A stretch of DNA of 60,185 nt from Elusimicrobia bacterium UBA4817 (lineage in GTDB: Bacteria > Elusimicrobiota > UBA8919), in NCBI GenBank assembly GCA_002402375.1, contig DHFT01000030.1, forward strand, positions 1 to 60,185, written 5' to 3'. Positions 47,357 through 57,407 of the stretch are shown here, piece after piece (positions within the stretch are counted from its first letter, which is position 1; every line of letters begins with the position of its first letter). The position numbers were made by a program, and so were the translations under genes. The notes beneath the pieces are model-generated. The model was not told the origin of the DNA and did not search any database. It saw nothing but the letters and a program-made list of their open reading frames with translations.

Positions 47357-49621
47357 ATGCGAAAAATCGGAATCGTTATATTAGGGCTGTTTCTATTGGT
47401 CACGGCGTTAGCACGGGCAGCAACTCCCGAGTTAATCCGAGTTAGAAACTATGCAGGACCCATCGCTGTAACTTTTGGCGCATCCGGTGTAGTAGGAACG
47501 GTAAGTCAATATAAAATCTATATCGCCACTTCGCCTCTTATAGAAACAACTACTGACCAAGCGGATGCAAATTCAAAAATAACCGCTATAAACTGGTATA
47601 TGACTTCCAACACTACCTATTATTATACGCAGGCGGTAGATAAAACAGTATACTATGTAAAAATTGCCGTTAAAGACGGCAGCGGCTGGAGCACCACTCT
47701 ATCGGCGCAAGATTCCGATACTTCACTGTGGGGTAAAACTGTTGCAAATATAACATCGGTTACCGGTATTGATGGATTTACTATAAACTTTGACAGTCAA
47801 ACAGCAACGATTTCATTCAATGTTACCGATATTAACGGCGCGCCGGCGATTCCAGAAAAACTTGATATTACCATAACAGGCGGCGGAAAAACCGTTTATA
47901 CAGAAACAATATATTCATTTAGCATCACCGATACAGGAGCAACCGCATCAATAACATGGGACGGCAGTTGGACTACTGTTGGTCATGAAGGACACAAACA
48001 TAATGGAGTATATAGCGTTGTGGCAACACCGACAGGATATGATGGGAAAGCAGGACAGACAGATGGTTTCAATATAGGTGTTAATGTTGTTCATTTTAAT
48101 GAAGGAGAACTTGTATATACAAAATCGGGAAGCAATATGCCTACATATGGTCCTCCTTTTACCCTAGAATATTATCTGAGCCACAGTGCTTTTATTATGT
48201 GGAGAATATATGACAGAAATCAAACAGCAGATACCTCTGATGATATACCAATAAGAGTGATGGTAAGTTCGGCACCAAGAACTCCGGGTGATACAAATCC
48301 TCCTTCTGCAGTTGATGATTTTCTTAATGCGGAGGTGTGGGACGGCAGAAATAATAATGGAGCAATCGTTCCAAACGATATTTACAGATACACTTTTCAA
48401 GCATGGGAGTTCTGGGGAGAACCGGGAAGCGGGTTTAATGAAAGTATAACCGACCGTTCAAATACGGTTGAGGGTACTATTACATATGATGTCTTACGAA
48501 TTGTTGATTTAAAAGCAACAGGCATTACATCGTCCGGTGGGACTGCGTCAATAAGTTATTTCCTTGGCGGCGCGAATCAGGTGCAGGGCGGTGCAACTAC
48601 CAAGATTATTATTTGCAAACCGAATACCCATTTTACAATGGCATCCTCTGCCGGAACACTTACATATCTCAACGGGCATACTTACTCTTATGTCGCAGGC
48701 GATCTTATCCCGCATACCACAGACAATCTTGTGACACCTGCTCCTACAAGAATTGTTAAAACATTCTCATTTGCAAGACAGGCAGGACAGTCGTGGACAG
48801 AAACATGGGACGGTAAAGATGAAGATGGCAGTACTTTGGCAAATGATAATTATATTTATGGAATTTCTGCTACTGATGATTCAGGAAATCACGCAATTGA
48901 TAATTCGGGTAACGACCAGCCAATGTGGGGAAATATAACGATTGATAGGACCGCTTCACAGTCAGCAGGTGATACCGTGGCACCAACTGTGAATACTGCG
49001 TCGCTTACACCAGCAGCAGGCTCAATACAAACATCGGGAATTTCACAAATTTCTTGTGTGATTACGGATACTGCACAAACAGGAATGACGGCCGCGGGCT
49101 TTAATGTTGCTGCCTCAACAATAATTCTCACAGGACCCAGCGGAAATATTACCGGAACAAAAAGTTATGATTTAACAACAGGGATGCTCATCCTTTCTTT
49201 TGCAACACCGGTAACCGCAAACGGAACATATACTGCGAGGGTTGTCCCGACTGATAATTCCGGAAACACGGCAACTGAAACAACATGGACATTTTCTATT
49301 AACGTTACTGCATCAGGTGCAGCATCAACATTTGAAAGTTCCGTTAAGGCGTATCCGAATCCCGCAAAAGGGGTTCCGGCAAATATCGCATATAATATAA
49401 ACGCGCCTTCAACGCTTACGCTTGAGATATTCAATTTGCTCGGCGATTTAGTGTATGAAAAGGAATGGACGAAATCAGCCGCAGGTGCTTACACGGAAGT
49501 ATGGAATTTGGTAAATGATTCCGGTTCAAAAATAGGAAGCGGTGTCTTCATATACAAGATCAAGGCAAACGACGGAACAAGCACATATTCAGTGACTAAA
49601 AAACTCATAGCGATACAATAA
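47357..49621 (+). CDS. Secreted protein with FlgD-Ig domains and T9SS type-A-like C-terminal domain
   Basis: signal peptide; WDG x3; AYPNP..IFNLLG.LV..SGVFIY..KKL. Confidence 0.8.
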   Translation: MRKIGIVILGLFLLVTALARAATPELIRVRNYAGPIAVTFGASGVVGTVSQYKIYIATSPLIETTTDQADANSKITAINWYMTSNTTYYYTQAVDKTVYYVKIAVKDGSGWSTTLSAQDSDTSLWGKTVANITSVTGIDGFTINFDSQTATISFNVTDINGAPAIPEKLDITITGGGKTVYTETIYSFSITDTGATASITWDGSWTTVGHEGHKHNGVYSVVATPTGYDGKAGQTDGFNIGVNVVHFNEGELVYTKSGSNMPTYGPPFTLEYYLSHSAFIMWRIYDRNQTADTSDDIPIRVMVSSAPRTPGDTNPPSAVDDFLNAEVWDGRNNNGAIVPNDIYRYTFQAWEFWGEPGSGFNESITDRSNTVEGTITYDVLRIVDLKATGITSSGGTASISYFLGGANQVQGGATTKIIICKPNTHFTMASSAGTLTYLNGHTYSYVAGDLIPHTTDNLVTPAPTRIVKTFSFARQAGQSWTETWDGKDEDGSTLANDNYIYGISATDDSGNHAIDNSGNDQPMWGNITIDRTASQSAGDTVAPTVNTASLTPAAGSIQTSGISQISCVITDTAQTGMTAAGFNVAASTIILTGPSGNITGTKSYDLTTGMLILSFATPVTANGTYTARVVPTDNSGNTATETTWTFSINVTASGAASTFESSVKAYPNPAKGVPANIAYNINAPSTLTLEIFNLLGDLVYEKEWTKSAAGAYTEVWNLVNDSGSKIGSGVFIYKIKANDGTSTYSVTKKLIAIQ

Positions 49622-49626
49622 AAACA

Positions 49627-50586
49627 ATGAAAAAATCAAAGTTAAAAATTTTTCTCTTACTTTCTACCTTTCTACCTTTCTACCTTTCTACCTGCCTTTT
49701 TGCCTCTAACGAAGGCACTGCTACCGCAACGTTTCTAAAAATGGAGCAGGGGGCAAGACCAATAGGAATGGGCGGCGCTTTTACAGGGATATCGGACAGC
49801 GTGGACGGGCTATATTACAACCCCGCGGGAATTGCGCAACTTTCCAGAAAAGAAGTATCCTTTACATATTCTTCTATGTATCAGGACATTATGGGCTCGT
49901 TTCTTTCATTCGCAATACCGACTGCAAAATACGGCTCGTTCGGACTCGGCATTACATATCTTACCGTTGATAAAATTGAAAAAACAAATGCCGCAGGTAC
50001 TTCGCTCGGGGATACAAACATTTACAATCTGGCCGCGGCAATTTATTATGCTAAACAACTGGATGCGGTATCTCTCGGCGCCGGCGTAAAATTTATCCAA
50101 CAGGATTATGATGCCGCTAAAGGAACGGGAATTGCGGGAGATATCGGCGGCATTGTTTCAATAATAGAAGATAAACTGTCACTGGGTATATCGGCAGTTA
50201 ACCTCGGTCCTAAAACAAAAATCGGTGATGAAAAAAATAAACTTCCGCTGAATATCCGGGGAGGACTCGGATTTTACCCGATAAAAGGTCTTACTTTGGG
50301 CGTTGATTTGGAAAAACCTAATGATGCGGATAATAAACTTCATATCGGCGGCGAGTACGCTTTTAACCCTTTAATGGCCGTTAGGGTTGGTTATGAGACA
50401 ATGAAAGATGTCGGCGGCGGATTAACTGCGGGTGTAGGAATAAAAAGCGAACTCGGCGCCGACGAGAGTTTTTTTGGTTCTTCTGTTTCAAAGAAAAATC
50501 TGATGCTTTTCTGTCTTGATTATGCATATGTTTCATATGGTGACCTTGAAGCAACCCATAGAATTTCGGTGGGGCTGAAATTTTAA
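49627..50586 (+). CDS. PorV/PorQ (UPF0164) family outer-membrane beta-barrel
   Basis: FLK...GAR..GMGGAF, YYNPAG, DYAY, C-terminal F. Confidence 0.85.
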   Translation: MKKSKLKIFLLLSTFLPFYLSTCLFASNEGTATATFLKMEQGARPIGMGGAFTGISDSVDGLYYNPAGIAQLSRKEVSFTYSSMYQDIMGSFLSFAIPTAKYGSFGLGITYLTVDKIEKTNAAGTSLGDTNIYNLAAAIYYAKQLDAVSLGAGVKFIQQDYDAAKGTGIAGDIGGIVSIIEDKLSLGISAVNLGPKTKIGDEKNKLPLNIRGGLGFYPIKGLTLGVDLEKPNDADNKLHIGGEYAFNPLMAVRVGYETMKDVGGGLTAGVGIKSELGADESFFGSSVSKKNLMLFCLDYAYVSYGDLEATHRISVGLKF

Positions 50587-50617
50587 CATATTATTCGGTT
50601 TACATTGAAAAAAACAT

Positions 50618-50646
50618 AAAGCCCTGTAATTTTAATCGGGGTTTTT
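50618..50646 (+). terminator. Weak putative terminator
   Basis: AAAGCCCTG...CGGGGTTTTT. Confidence 0.45.
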
Positions 50647-50652
50647 AATTTT

Positions 50653-51264
50653 ATGTCAAATGACGAAGATGTCCTTATCCACATAAAGCAGGGAGATGGT
50701 TACAGAAAATCCGGCGATTTGGATTTGGCGATTTCCGAATATCAGAAAGCGTTGAAAATTGATGCGGCAAATCCACAGGCGCTTCTCAAACTGGGTCAGA
50801 TTTACGAAATAAAAGGCGATAAGGAAAAAGAGGTCGCTTTTTATTTGCTCTCCCAAAGTGCATATGAAAAAGCAGTCATAAAAGAACCGGACAACCCGGA
50901 AATTCACAATTCAATAATTTCGCTGGCAGTCAAGCAGGGACGGATTGACGAACTTGTAAAAATCTACAAAGAAAAACTCGCCAAAAATCCTAATAACACC
51001 GTGTTGATGGAGGCGGTAAGAAAACTGGCTACGATTTCAATGGTAAGCATTCCGCCGACGGTTAAAGGGGGAATGGAGAAGGGAGGATGTGCAAAAATTT
51101 TTCTTGATTATATTTTCCCTTTTGCAGGAATAATTCCGCTTCTTCTGGGAACGATGGTTCCGTCTTTGAAAATCCTGCAACCGCTTGGTATAATAATTGT
51201 AATCGCCTACCTCATCTATAAATTTTCAACCGCCAAAAAATCCGACAAACATAACAAGTGGTAA
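50653..51264 (+). CDS. TPR protein with two C-terminal TM helices
   Basis: TPR motifs, hydrophobic C-terminus. Confidence 0.7.
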   Translation: MSNDEDVLIHIKQGDGYRKSGDLDLAISEYQKALKIDAANPQALLKLGQIYEIKGDKEKEVAFYLLSQSAYEKAVIKEPDNPEIHNSIISLAVKQGRIDELVKIYKEKLAKNPNNTVLMEAVRKLATISMVSIPPTVKGGMEKGGCAKIFLDYIFPFAGIIPLLLGTMVPSLKILQPLGIIIVIAYLIYKFSTAKKSDKHNKW

Positions 51265-52754
51265 AATATCTGATATCTACGATTCTTCTTATTTCACCGT
51301 TGATGCGAGCATCATGGGATTTATGGGCGCAGACAATAATTCATTTGTTAACGCTCGTTACTATTTTAATTCTGATTTTTTCCAAAAAAGAAATCTCTGT
51401 CCCTCGTCCTTCCGTCCCCCTGTTCCTATTTGTACTCTTCTGCTTTATCTCAATTTTTTCTTCGGCAAATTTGTACGAGTCAAGAAACGAGTTTTTTAAT
51501 ATCGTAACATACATTGTGATTTTTTATTTTGCAAAAAATACTGACAAAAAACATATTGTGATACCGGTTTTATTCATCGGGGTTATCTTGTCTATCTTTG
51601 GGTTTTACCAAAAATTTTCCGTCGGAGGAAATGTTCCGTCGTTTATGAACAACCCGAATGTTTTTGCGGGATATTTGGTCGGAATTATAATTATTGCCTT
51701 TTCGGTTGTACAAAACAAAATAAAAATTATTCTGTCGTCCGTTTTTTTTATCGCCATTTTGTTCACCGGTTCATTGGCGGGATTGCTGTCAGCGGTTTCG
51801 GGATTTTTGTTTTTTCTGTATTTGAAAAAAACAGCCGTTCAGAAAAAATATATTATTTTTGTCTGTGTAATTATTGCTTTTTTGCTGATTGTTAAACTTT
51901 CCGAAAAAGAATCCTTCAATCGTATTGTGTGGTGGTTGTCCGCAGTAAAAATGATTTTGGCAAAGCCGATTTTTGGCGTCGGCTTAAATACGTTCGCAGA
52001 TGCCTATCAAAAATACAAATTAAGCGGACTAAATTCAATTTATGCACATAACTATTTTTTGCAATTATCATCCGAAATCGGAATTTTCGGATTTGCGGCT
52101 TTTGTTTGGTTTCTTATAAAAATTTTTAAGTTAAAAAAAACTTCCGAAAACATTCCGTTTTTTGCGGCTATTTTTGCGATGCTTGTCCATGGTATTTTTG
52201 ACTACGCCTTGCTTATTCCCGCAAACGCTATTTTATTTTGGATAATGCTCGGCTATTGTTCAAAACCACCACTTACCGCTTACCACTTACCACTTACCGC
52301 TATTACCAGATGGATTTCCGTTTTTTTAATTTTAGCGACAGTTTATTCACAGATTATGATATTTTTAGCAAGTCGGGAAACAGCGACAGGCAAATATTAT
52401 CTTGACGAAAAAAAATACGACGATGCCAAAATACATTTTACGAAAGCGATTAAATGCGACGATAAAAACCCACAAACATATCTTTTTCTTTCAAATGTCT
52501 ATCAGCAGTATTATAAAATGACCGGATATAAATCATATCTATATGAGGCGGAGTTAGAACTTCTAAAAGCAGCAGGGTTTCAGAAATATAATCCGCAGAT
52601 TTATTTTGATTTATACAACATTTATTATCTCCGCGGCGATATGCAAAATGCAACTTTATGGCTCAAAAAAACTTTAGATGCGGCACCGAAATCCGTTTAT
52701 TATAAAAAATGTTATGAAACATTGTTAAAGGAAATGTATCATGCAGAAAAATAA
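51258..52754 (+). CDS. O-antigen ligase/PglL-like (Wzy_C) protein with TPR tail
   Basis: NPN..AGY, R...W, P.FGVG..F, AHN..LQ..E.G. Confidence 0.82.
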   Translation: MVKYLISTILLISPLMRASWDLWAQTIIHLLTLVTILILIFSKKEISVPRPSVPLFLFVLFCFISIFSSANLYESRNEFFNIVTYIVIFYFAKNTDKKHIVIPVLFIGVILSIFGFYQKFSVGGNVPSFMNNPNVFAGYLVGIIIIAFSVVQNKIKIILSSVFFIAILFTGSLAGLLSAVSGFLFFLYLKKTAVQKKYIIFVCVIIAFLLIVKLSEKESFNRIVWWLSAVKMILAKPIFGVGLNTFADAYQKYKLSGLNSIYAHNYFLQLSSEIGIFGFAAFVWFLIKIFKLKKTSENIPFFAAIFAMLVHGIFDYALLIPANAILFWIMLGYCSKPPLTAYHLPLTAITRWISVFLILATVYSQIMIFLASRETATGKYYLDEKKYDDAKIHFTKAIKCDDKNPQTYLFLSNVYQQYYKMTGYKSYLYEAELELLKAAGFQKYNPQIYFDLYNIYYLRGDMQNATLWLKKTLDAAPKSVYYKKCYETLLKEMYHAEK

Positions 52755-54819
52755 GATTCTACTACTTACCACTTACTACTTACCACTTACTGCTGTTTTA
52801 TTGACGCCTTTTTTCAACGGCTCAAAAGACCCGGCGGCAATTTTTATTTTTGAGACGGTAATTTTTGTTTTATTCTTTATAATTTCTAACTTCCGAAAAA
52901 CCGACATTGATGTTCCGATTTCTATATTTTTCATACTTGTTATTTTTTCAACCCTGGATACCGTTTATTTTGATTCTTCAATAAACGCCTTGATGCTTCT
53001 AATTTCATATATTATATTTTTTTACTGCATAATTTCCGTATACGACGAACAATTTAAAAAATATTTTTATGCAGGTTTGATTTCTGTTTCCTTTATTTTA
53101 TCTCTGCTCATTATTATTCAGACATTATCAGGAATTACACCCAAGGCGACAATGCCCAATCCGAATATGGCGGCGGGATATATCACAGCGGGAGCATCGC
53201 TTGTTCTTTCAATTTTGATTTTGGAAAAACCCAAATTAAAAATAATGATGCTCTATTGCCTTCTGTTTCTATTTTTCTGGCTCGCAATTGCTCTGACACA
53301 CTCGCGGGGAGGACTTTTTTCTCTTATTTGCGGAATTGCCGCTGTTCTGTATTTTAAGTTCAAGAAACTGGGAATAATAATTTTTACCGTCGGGATTTTG
53401 GTTATATTTATATCAATTCCTAAAAAAACATTGACAGATATTGCCAAGATAGATGGGGGGGATAGTTATGCATTAAAAAGACCTGCTATCTGGAAGGCGG
53501 CAATCGGCATAATAAAAGAAAAACCTGTTTTGGGAACAGGACCCGGAAATTTTGAGTTATTGTTTTATAAATATAATTTTCCCGTTGATAATTTATCCTC
53601 AAGATATTCAAAGAATACGCGATTTGCACATAACGAATTTTTACAAATTGCGGCGGAGGGCGGACTTTTTACATTGTTTGCCTTTTTATTTATTCTTGCG
53701 GTAGTTATCAAAAATGGAATTAAAAGTTCGCCTGTTTCAACGGTGGTTTTATCGTCAATAATAGGGCATTCTCTTGTAGATTTTAATCTGCATTTACCCG
53801 CGTTGGTTTTTGTTGCAATAATTTTATCTTCCGATATCCTCTATGAAAATTGCGGGCAAGAAAAAAGAATTGGCGGAATGAGGGACTTCAGTCCCTCACC
53901 AATGGAGCAAATTCACACAAATTGTAGCCGAGAATTCATTCTCGGAAAATTTAACAAAAAATATATTCGGTTATTTTTAGCGATTATTTTAATTTTTAAC
54001 ACGGTTAATTTTTTTGTTAAGCCGTTTAATGCAGAAAAATACAAAATACTCGCGGATAAGTTTATCAAAACAAATCCGGAAAAAGCACTTGAATTTTACC
54101 AAAAAGCGGTTAAATTTTCGCCGAATAATTTTGAATACCGGAGAATAGCGGCTGAATTATTTTACGACGACGGCGCTATTCTTGAAGCAATAAAAAATCT
54201 TAAAAAATCTATTGAGTTAAATCCGAAAAATCCGTTTGCTTTTACATCACTGTCAAATATCTATTACGAACTATCTGAATTCAATAAAGCGGAGTATTAT
54301 CTGCTTAACTCACTTAATATTGAACCGAATTATCTTGCGGCAAAATATCTGCTGGCAAAAATAAATGAAAAACAAAATAAAATTGATGCGGCTTTGAAAG
54401 AATATACTAATATTATTTCAACTTATAAATTTTTCAGCGGAACATCTTTGTCGTCGGGCTATGAAAAAACATTACTTTCTATAGATATTTCTTCCGTCTA
54501 TAATTCACTGGGATTTCTACAAATGAGCATCGGTAAATTCAATGATGCGATTTACAATTACGAACTCTCAATAAAAACAAATCCGGAAAACGCCCAAGCA
54601 TATTCTAATCTCGCATCGGTATATTTTATAAAAAAGAACTACAGAGAAGCATTGAGATACGGCAAACTCGCAGTATTTTATGCGGATGCGCAGGAAAAAA
54701 TATACCACTTAAAAAACCTTATTTTGATTTACAAAGAATTGGGTGAGCAAACTGAAATACAAAACCTTACGAAAAAAATCAAAGTATTAGAAGGACAAAA
54801 AAATGTCACGGAAAGATAA
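52741..54819 (+). CDS. Second O-antigen ligase-like protein with TPR tail
   Basis: NPN..AGY, SRGG, R..IW, GTGPGNF, AHNEFLQ..EGG. Confidence 0.82.
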   Translation: MQKNKILLLTTYYLPLTAVLLTPFFNGSKDPAAIFIFETVIFVLFFIISNFRKTDIDVPISIFFILVIFSTLDTVYFDSSINALMLLISYIIFFYCIISVYDEQFKKYFYAGLISVSFILSLLIIIQTLSGITPKATMPNPNMAAGYITAGASLVLSILILEKPKLKIMMLYCLLFLFFWLAIALTHSRGGLFSLICGIAAVLYFKFKKLGIIIFTVGILVIFISIPKKTLTDIAKIDGGDSYALKRPAIWKAAIGIIKEKPVLGTGPGNFELLFYKYNFPVDNLSSRYSKNTRFAHNEFLQIAAEGGLFTLFAFLFILAVVIKNGIKSSPVSTVVLSSIIGHSLVDFNLHLPALVFVAIILSSDILYENCGQEKRIGGMRDFSPSPMEQIHTNCSREFILGKFNKKYIRLFLAIILIFNTVNFFVKPFNAEKYKILADKFIKTNPEKALEFYQKAVKFSPNNFEYRRIAAELFYDDGAILEAIKNLKKSIELNPKNPFAFTSLSNIYYELSEFNKAEYYLLNSLNIEPNYLAAKYLLAKINEKQNKIDAALKEYTNIISTYKFFSGTSLSSGYEKTLLSIDISSVYNSLGFLQMSIGKFNDAIYNYELSIKTNPENAQAYSNLASVYFIKKNYREALRYGKLAVFYADAQEKIYHLKNLILIYKELGEQTEIQNLTKKIKVLEGQKNVTER

Positions 54820-56707
54820 AACATGGATTTTTATTTTGTTGATGATGGTAATTTTTCAATACCGGGAAATCATTTTTTACAAAAATATATTTTTCATACG
54901 GGATCTGACATATCTTTTTCATCCGTGGAAAACTGCGGTAAGAGAATCGCTGTTAAACGGAAAAATGCCCTTATGGAACCCGTATTCATACTGCGGGATG
55001 CCCTTAATGGCAAATTTTCAGACAGCGGTTTTTTATCCGTTTTCTATATTTTTTTATATTTTGGGATTTATACTCGGACTCAAACTTTTTATTATTACAC
55101 ATACTTTTCTTGCGGCATTGTTTTTATTTTTATATCTCCGTTCAAAAAAAATAAGCATTATCGCAGCCGTTACTGGCGGCATACTTTTTGCATTCGGAGG
55201 GTATCTTATCACCAAAATTGAGTTTTTAAGTATTCTCGGAACAGCAATCTGGCTTCCTTTAATACTTATTCTTTTTTCCGGCACGCGCAGCGTTTTTATC
55301 TGCGCTGTGGCAATCGCAATTTCACTGTTTGCCGGGTATCCGCCGGTTTTATTCTTTATTATGATATTTCTTTTTGCGGAAGCGCTGGTTCAAAATAAAT
55401 TTAAAAAATTTGTGGTTATACTTTTTTTCAGTATCCTCATTTCGGCGGTGCAAATTTTACCGTCAATAGAACTTGTATTGAACTCCGTAAGAAAAAGCGG
55501 TCTAATAGAAACCGACGCATCCGTATGGTCAACGCATTTTTCCGACTGGTTATCACTGATATCGCCTATATTCTTAAAAGAAGAGGTTTCCGCTCTTTTT
55601 ACGGGAGAAAAATACTTTTGGTTAAGGTCATTTTGGATTGGATTTATCGCATTTTCTGTTGCTATGGCATCCTTTTTTTTCAAAAGAAAAATAATTGCCG
55701 GCAAAAAAACGATACTGTATCTGTTTTTGATTTTCTTTTCGCTATTTTTTTCTTTAGGCAAACTGACTCCTTTTTATGATTTCATCTACACATACATACC
55801 CGGCTTCAATTTAATAAGGAGCCCGTCGCATATACTTTACATCCCGTTTTTTATCTTTATTATTCTGACGGTGGAAGGACTTAATAAAATAAAAAAAATA
55901 GCGATAGTTATGTCAATTTTAATTACATCGGAACTTATGTTTTATATTCATAAGTTACACCCGACGATACCGCATAGTTTTTATTCCGAACGCGGTCTCG
56001 TAGCGGATTTTCTTATGAAAGATAAAACATACTTCAGATTTTTTTCAACTCCAAAAACAACAGTAAGCAAAAAGATAGCAGTACCGGATTACGGTGATAT
56101 CGGCTGGTATGTCTTGAGAGACCGCCTGCCCAATATGGTCTCTATGACTTATCGCATTTTTGATGCAGGGGGACTGGGCGAACCGCTCGAAATAAATGAG
56201 CATGCGGAATTAATTTATAAAATCCAGAATAAAAAAGATGTGGATGATGCCGCTGATTTACTTACCCTAATGAATATCAAATATATTTTGAGCGATTACC
56301 CTCTTAATTCAAAAAACTGGCAACTGGCGCATAAAAGCCATCTTTTTATATATAAAAATAAAAAGTTTCAGGAAAGGAGTTATGTTATTAATAAAATCGG
56401 CAAAATATGTGATGCAAAAATTATTTCTTATTTACCTGAAAAAATAAAAATGGAAACGAAAAATTCGGGAACGCTCATACTTTCAGATACTTTTTATCCG
56501 GGTTGGCAGGCATATATTAACGGACATAAAGCGGATATAAAAAAAGTTGACGGTTTTTTCCGCTCATTAAAACTTGAAGATGCAAATAATTACAAAGTAC
56601 TTTTTTTATACAACCCGATTTTGTTCGTATCGGGCTTGTTGATTTCTCTGCTTTCAGTTTGTATAATATCCACTTGTGATATATATTCTTTTACCCGCTT
56701 TCAATGA
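54803..56707 (+). CDS. YfhO-like GT-C membrane glycosyltransferase
   Basis: RD, PLWNPY..CGMP.MAN....FYP; YPGW.A..NG. Confidence 0.8.
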   Translation: MSRKDKTWIFILLMMVIFQYREIIFYKNIFFIRDLTYLFHPWKTAVRESLLNGKMPLWNPYSYCGMPLMANFQTAVFYPFSIFFYILGFILGLKLFIITHTFLAALFLFLYLRSKKISIIAAVTGGILFAFGGYLITKIEFLSILGTAIWLPLILILFSGTRSVFICAVAIAISLFAGYPPVLFFIMIFLFAEALVQNKFKKFVVILFFSILISAVQILPSIELVLNSVRKSGLIETDASVWSTHFSDWLSLISPIFLKEEVSALFTGEKYFWLRSFWIGFIAFSVAMASFFFKRKIIAGKKTILYLFLIFFSLFFSLGKLTPFYDFIYTYIPGFNLIRSPSHILYIPFFIFIILTVEGLNKIKKIAIVMSILITSELMFYIHKLHPTIPHSFYSERGLVADFLMKDKTYFRFFSTPKTTVSKKIAVPDYGDIGWYVLRDRLPNMVSMTYRIFDAGGLGEPLEINEHAELIYKIQNKKDVDDAADLLTLMNIKYILSDYPLNSKNWQLAHKSHLFIYKNKKFQERSYVINKIGKICDAKIISYLPEKIKMETKNSGTLILSDTFYPGWQAYINGHKADIKKVDGFFRSLKLEDANNYKVLFLYNPILFVSGLLISLLSVCIISTCDIYSFTRFQ

Positions 56708-57407
56708 ATCATCCGGAATTGAAACTATCCTGCACGACATCTCGCATCAACTGGAAGGATTGCAATATCTTTTAGTAGTCGTTAACGACGGTTCTACCGA
56801 CGATACTTTCAATATACTAAAAAAATTCCAGGCGAATCTAAATCTAAAAATCATAAATCACGAAAAAAATCTTGGGTTAGGTTCTGCAATGAAAACGGGT
56901 ATTTCTTATATCTCATCCGTGATAAATAACGACGATATACTGATAACTATGGACGCCGACAACACACATCCGGTTGATTTAATACCAAAACTTACAAAAG
57001 AGATTCAAAACGGGTTTGATGTTGTAATCGCATCAAGATACGCAATCGGGGGAAATGAAATAGGACTTACAAAATTCAGAAAAATTTTAAGCGGCGGGGC
57101 ATCAACATTATTAAAATTATTTTTTCCGATACAAAATGTTACGGACTACACAAGCGGTTATCGTGCTTACTTAGGAAAAATCATAAAAAAATCAAATGAA
57201 TTTTACGCAGATACTCTGGTATCGGAATCCGGTTTTACCTGTATGGCTGAGATATTAATTAAACTTTCACATATCGGCGCAACAATCACCGAAAAAGGTT
57301 TAATTTTACGATATGATTTGAAACAGGGAAAAAGTAAAATAAAAATTTTAAGAACAATTCTTGGATATTTTCGCTTAATACTGAAATTAAAATTTCTTAA
57401 TAAATGA
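56676..57407 (+). CDS. GT2 polyprenol-phosphate glycosyltransferase
   Basis: PAFNE, NDGSTD, MDAD, ASRY, DYTSGYR. Confidence 0.88.
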   Translation: MIYILLPAFNESSGIETILHDISHQLEGLQYLLVVVNDGSTDDTFNILKKFQANLNLKIINHEKNLGLGSAMKTGISYISSVINNDDILITMDADNTHPVDLIPKLTKEIQNGFDVVIASRYAIGGNEIGLTKFRKILSGGASTLLKLFFPIQNVTDYTSGYRAYLGKIIKKSNEFYADTLVSESGFTCMAEILIKLSHIGATITEKGLILRYDLKQGKSKIKILRTILGYFRLILKLKFLNK

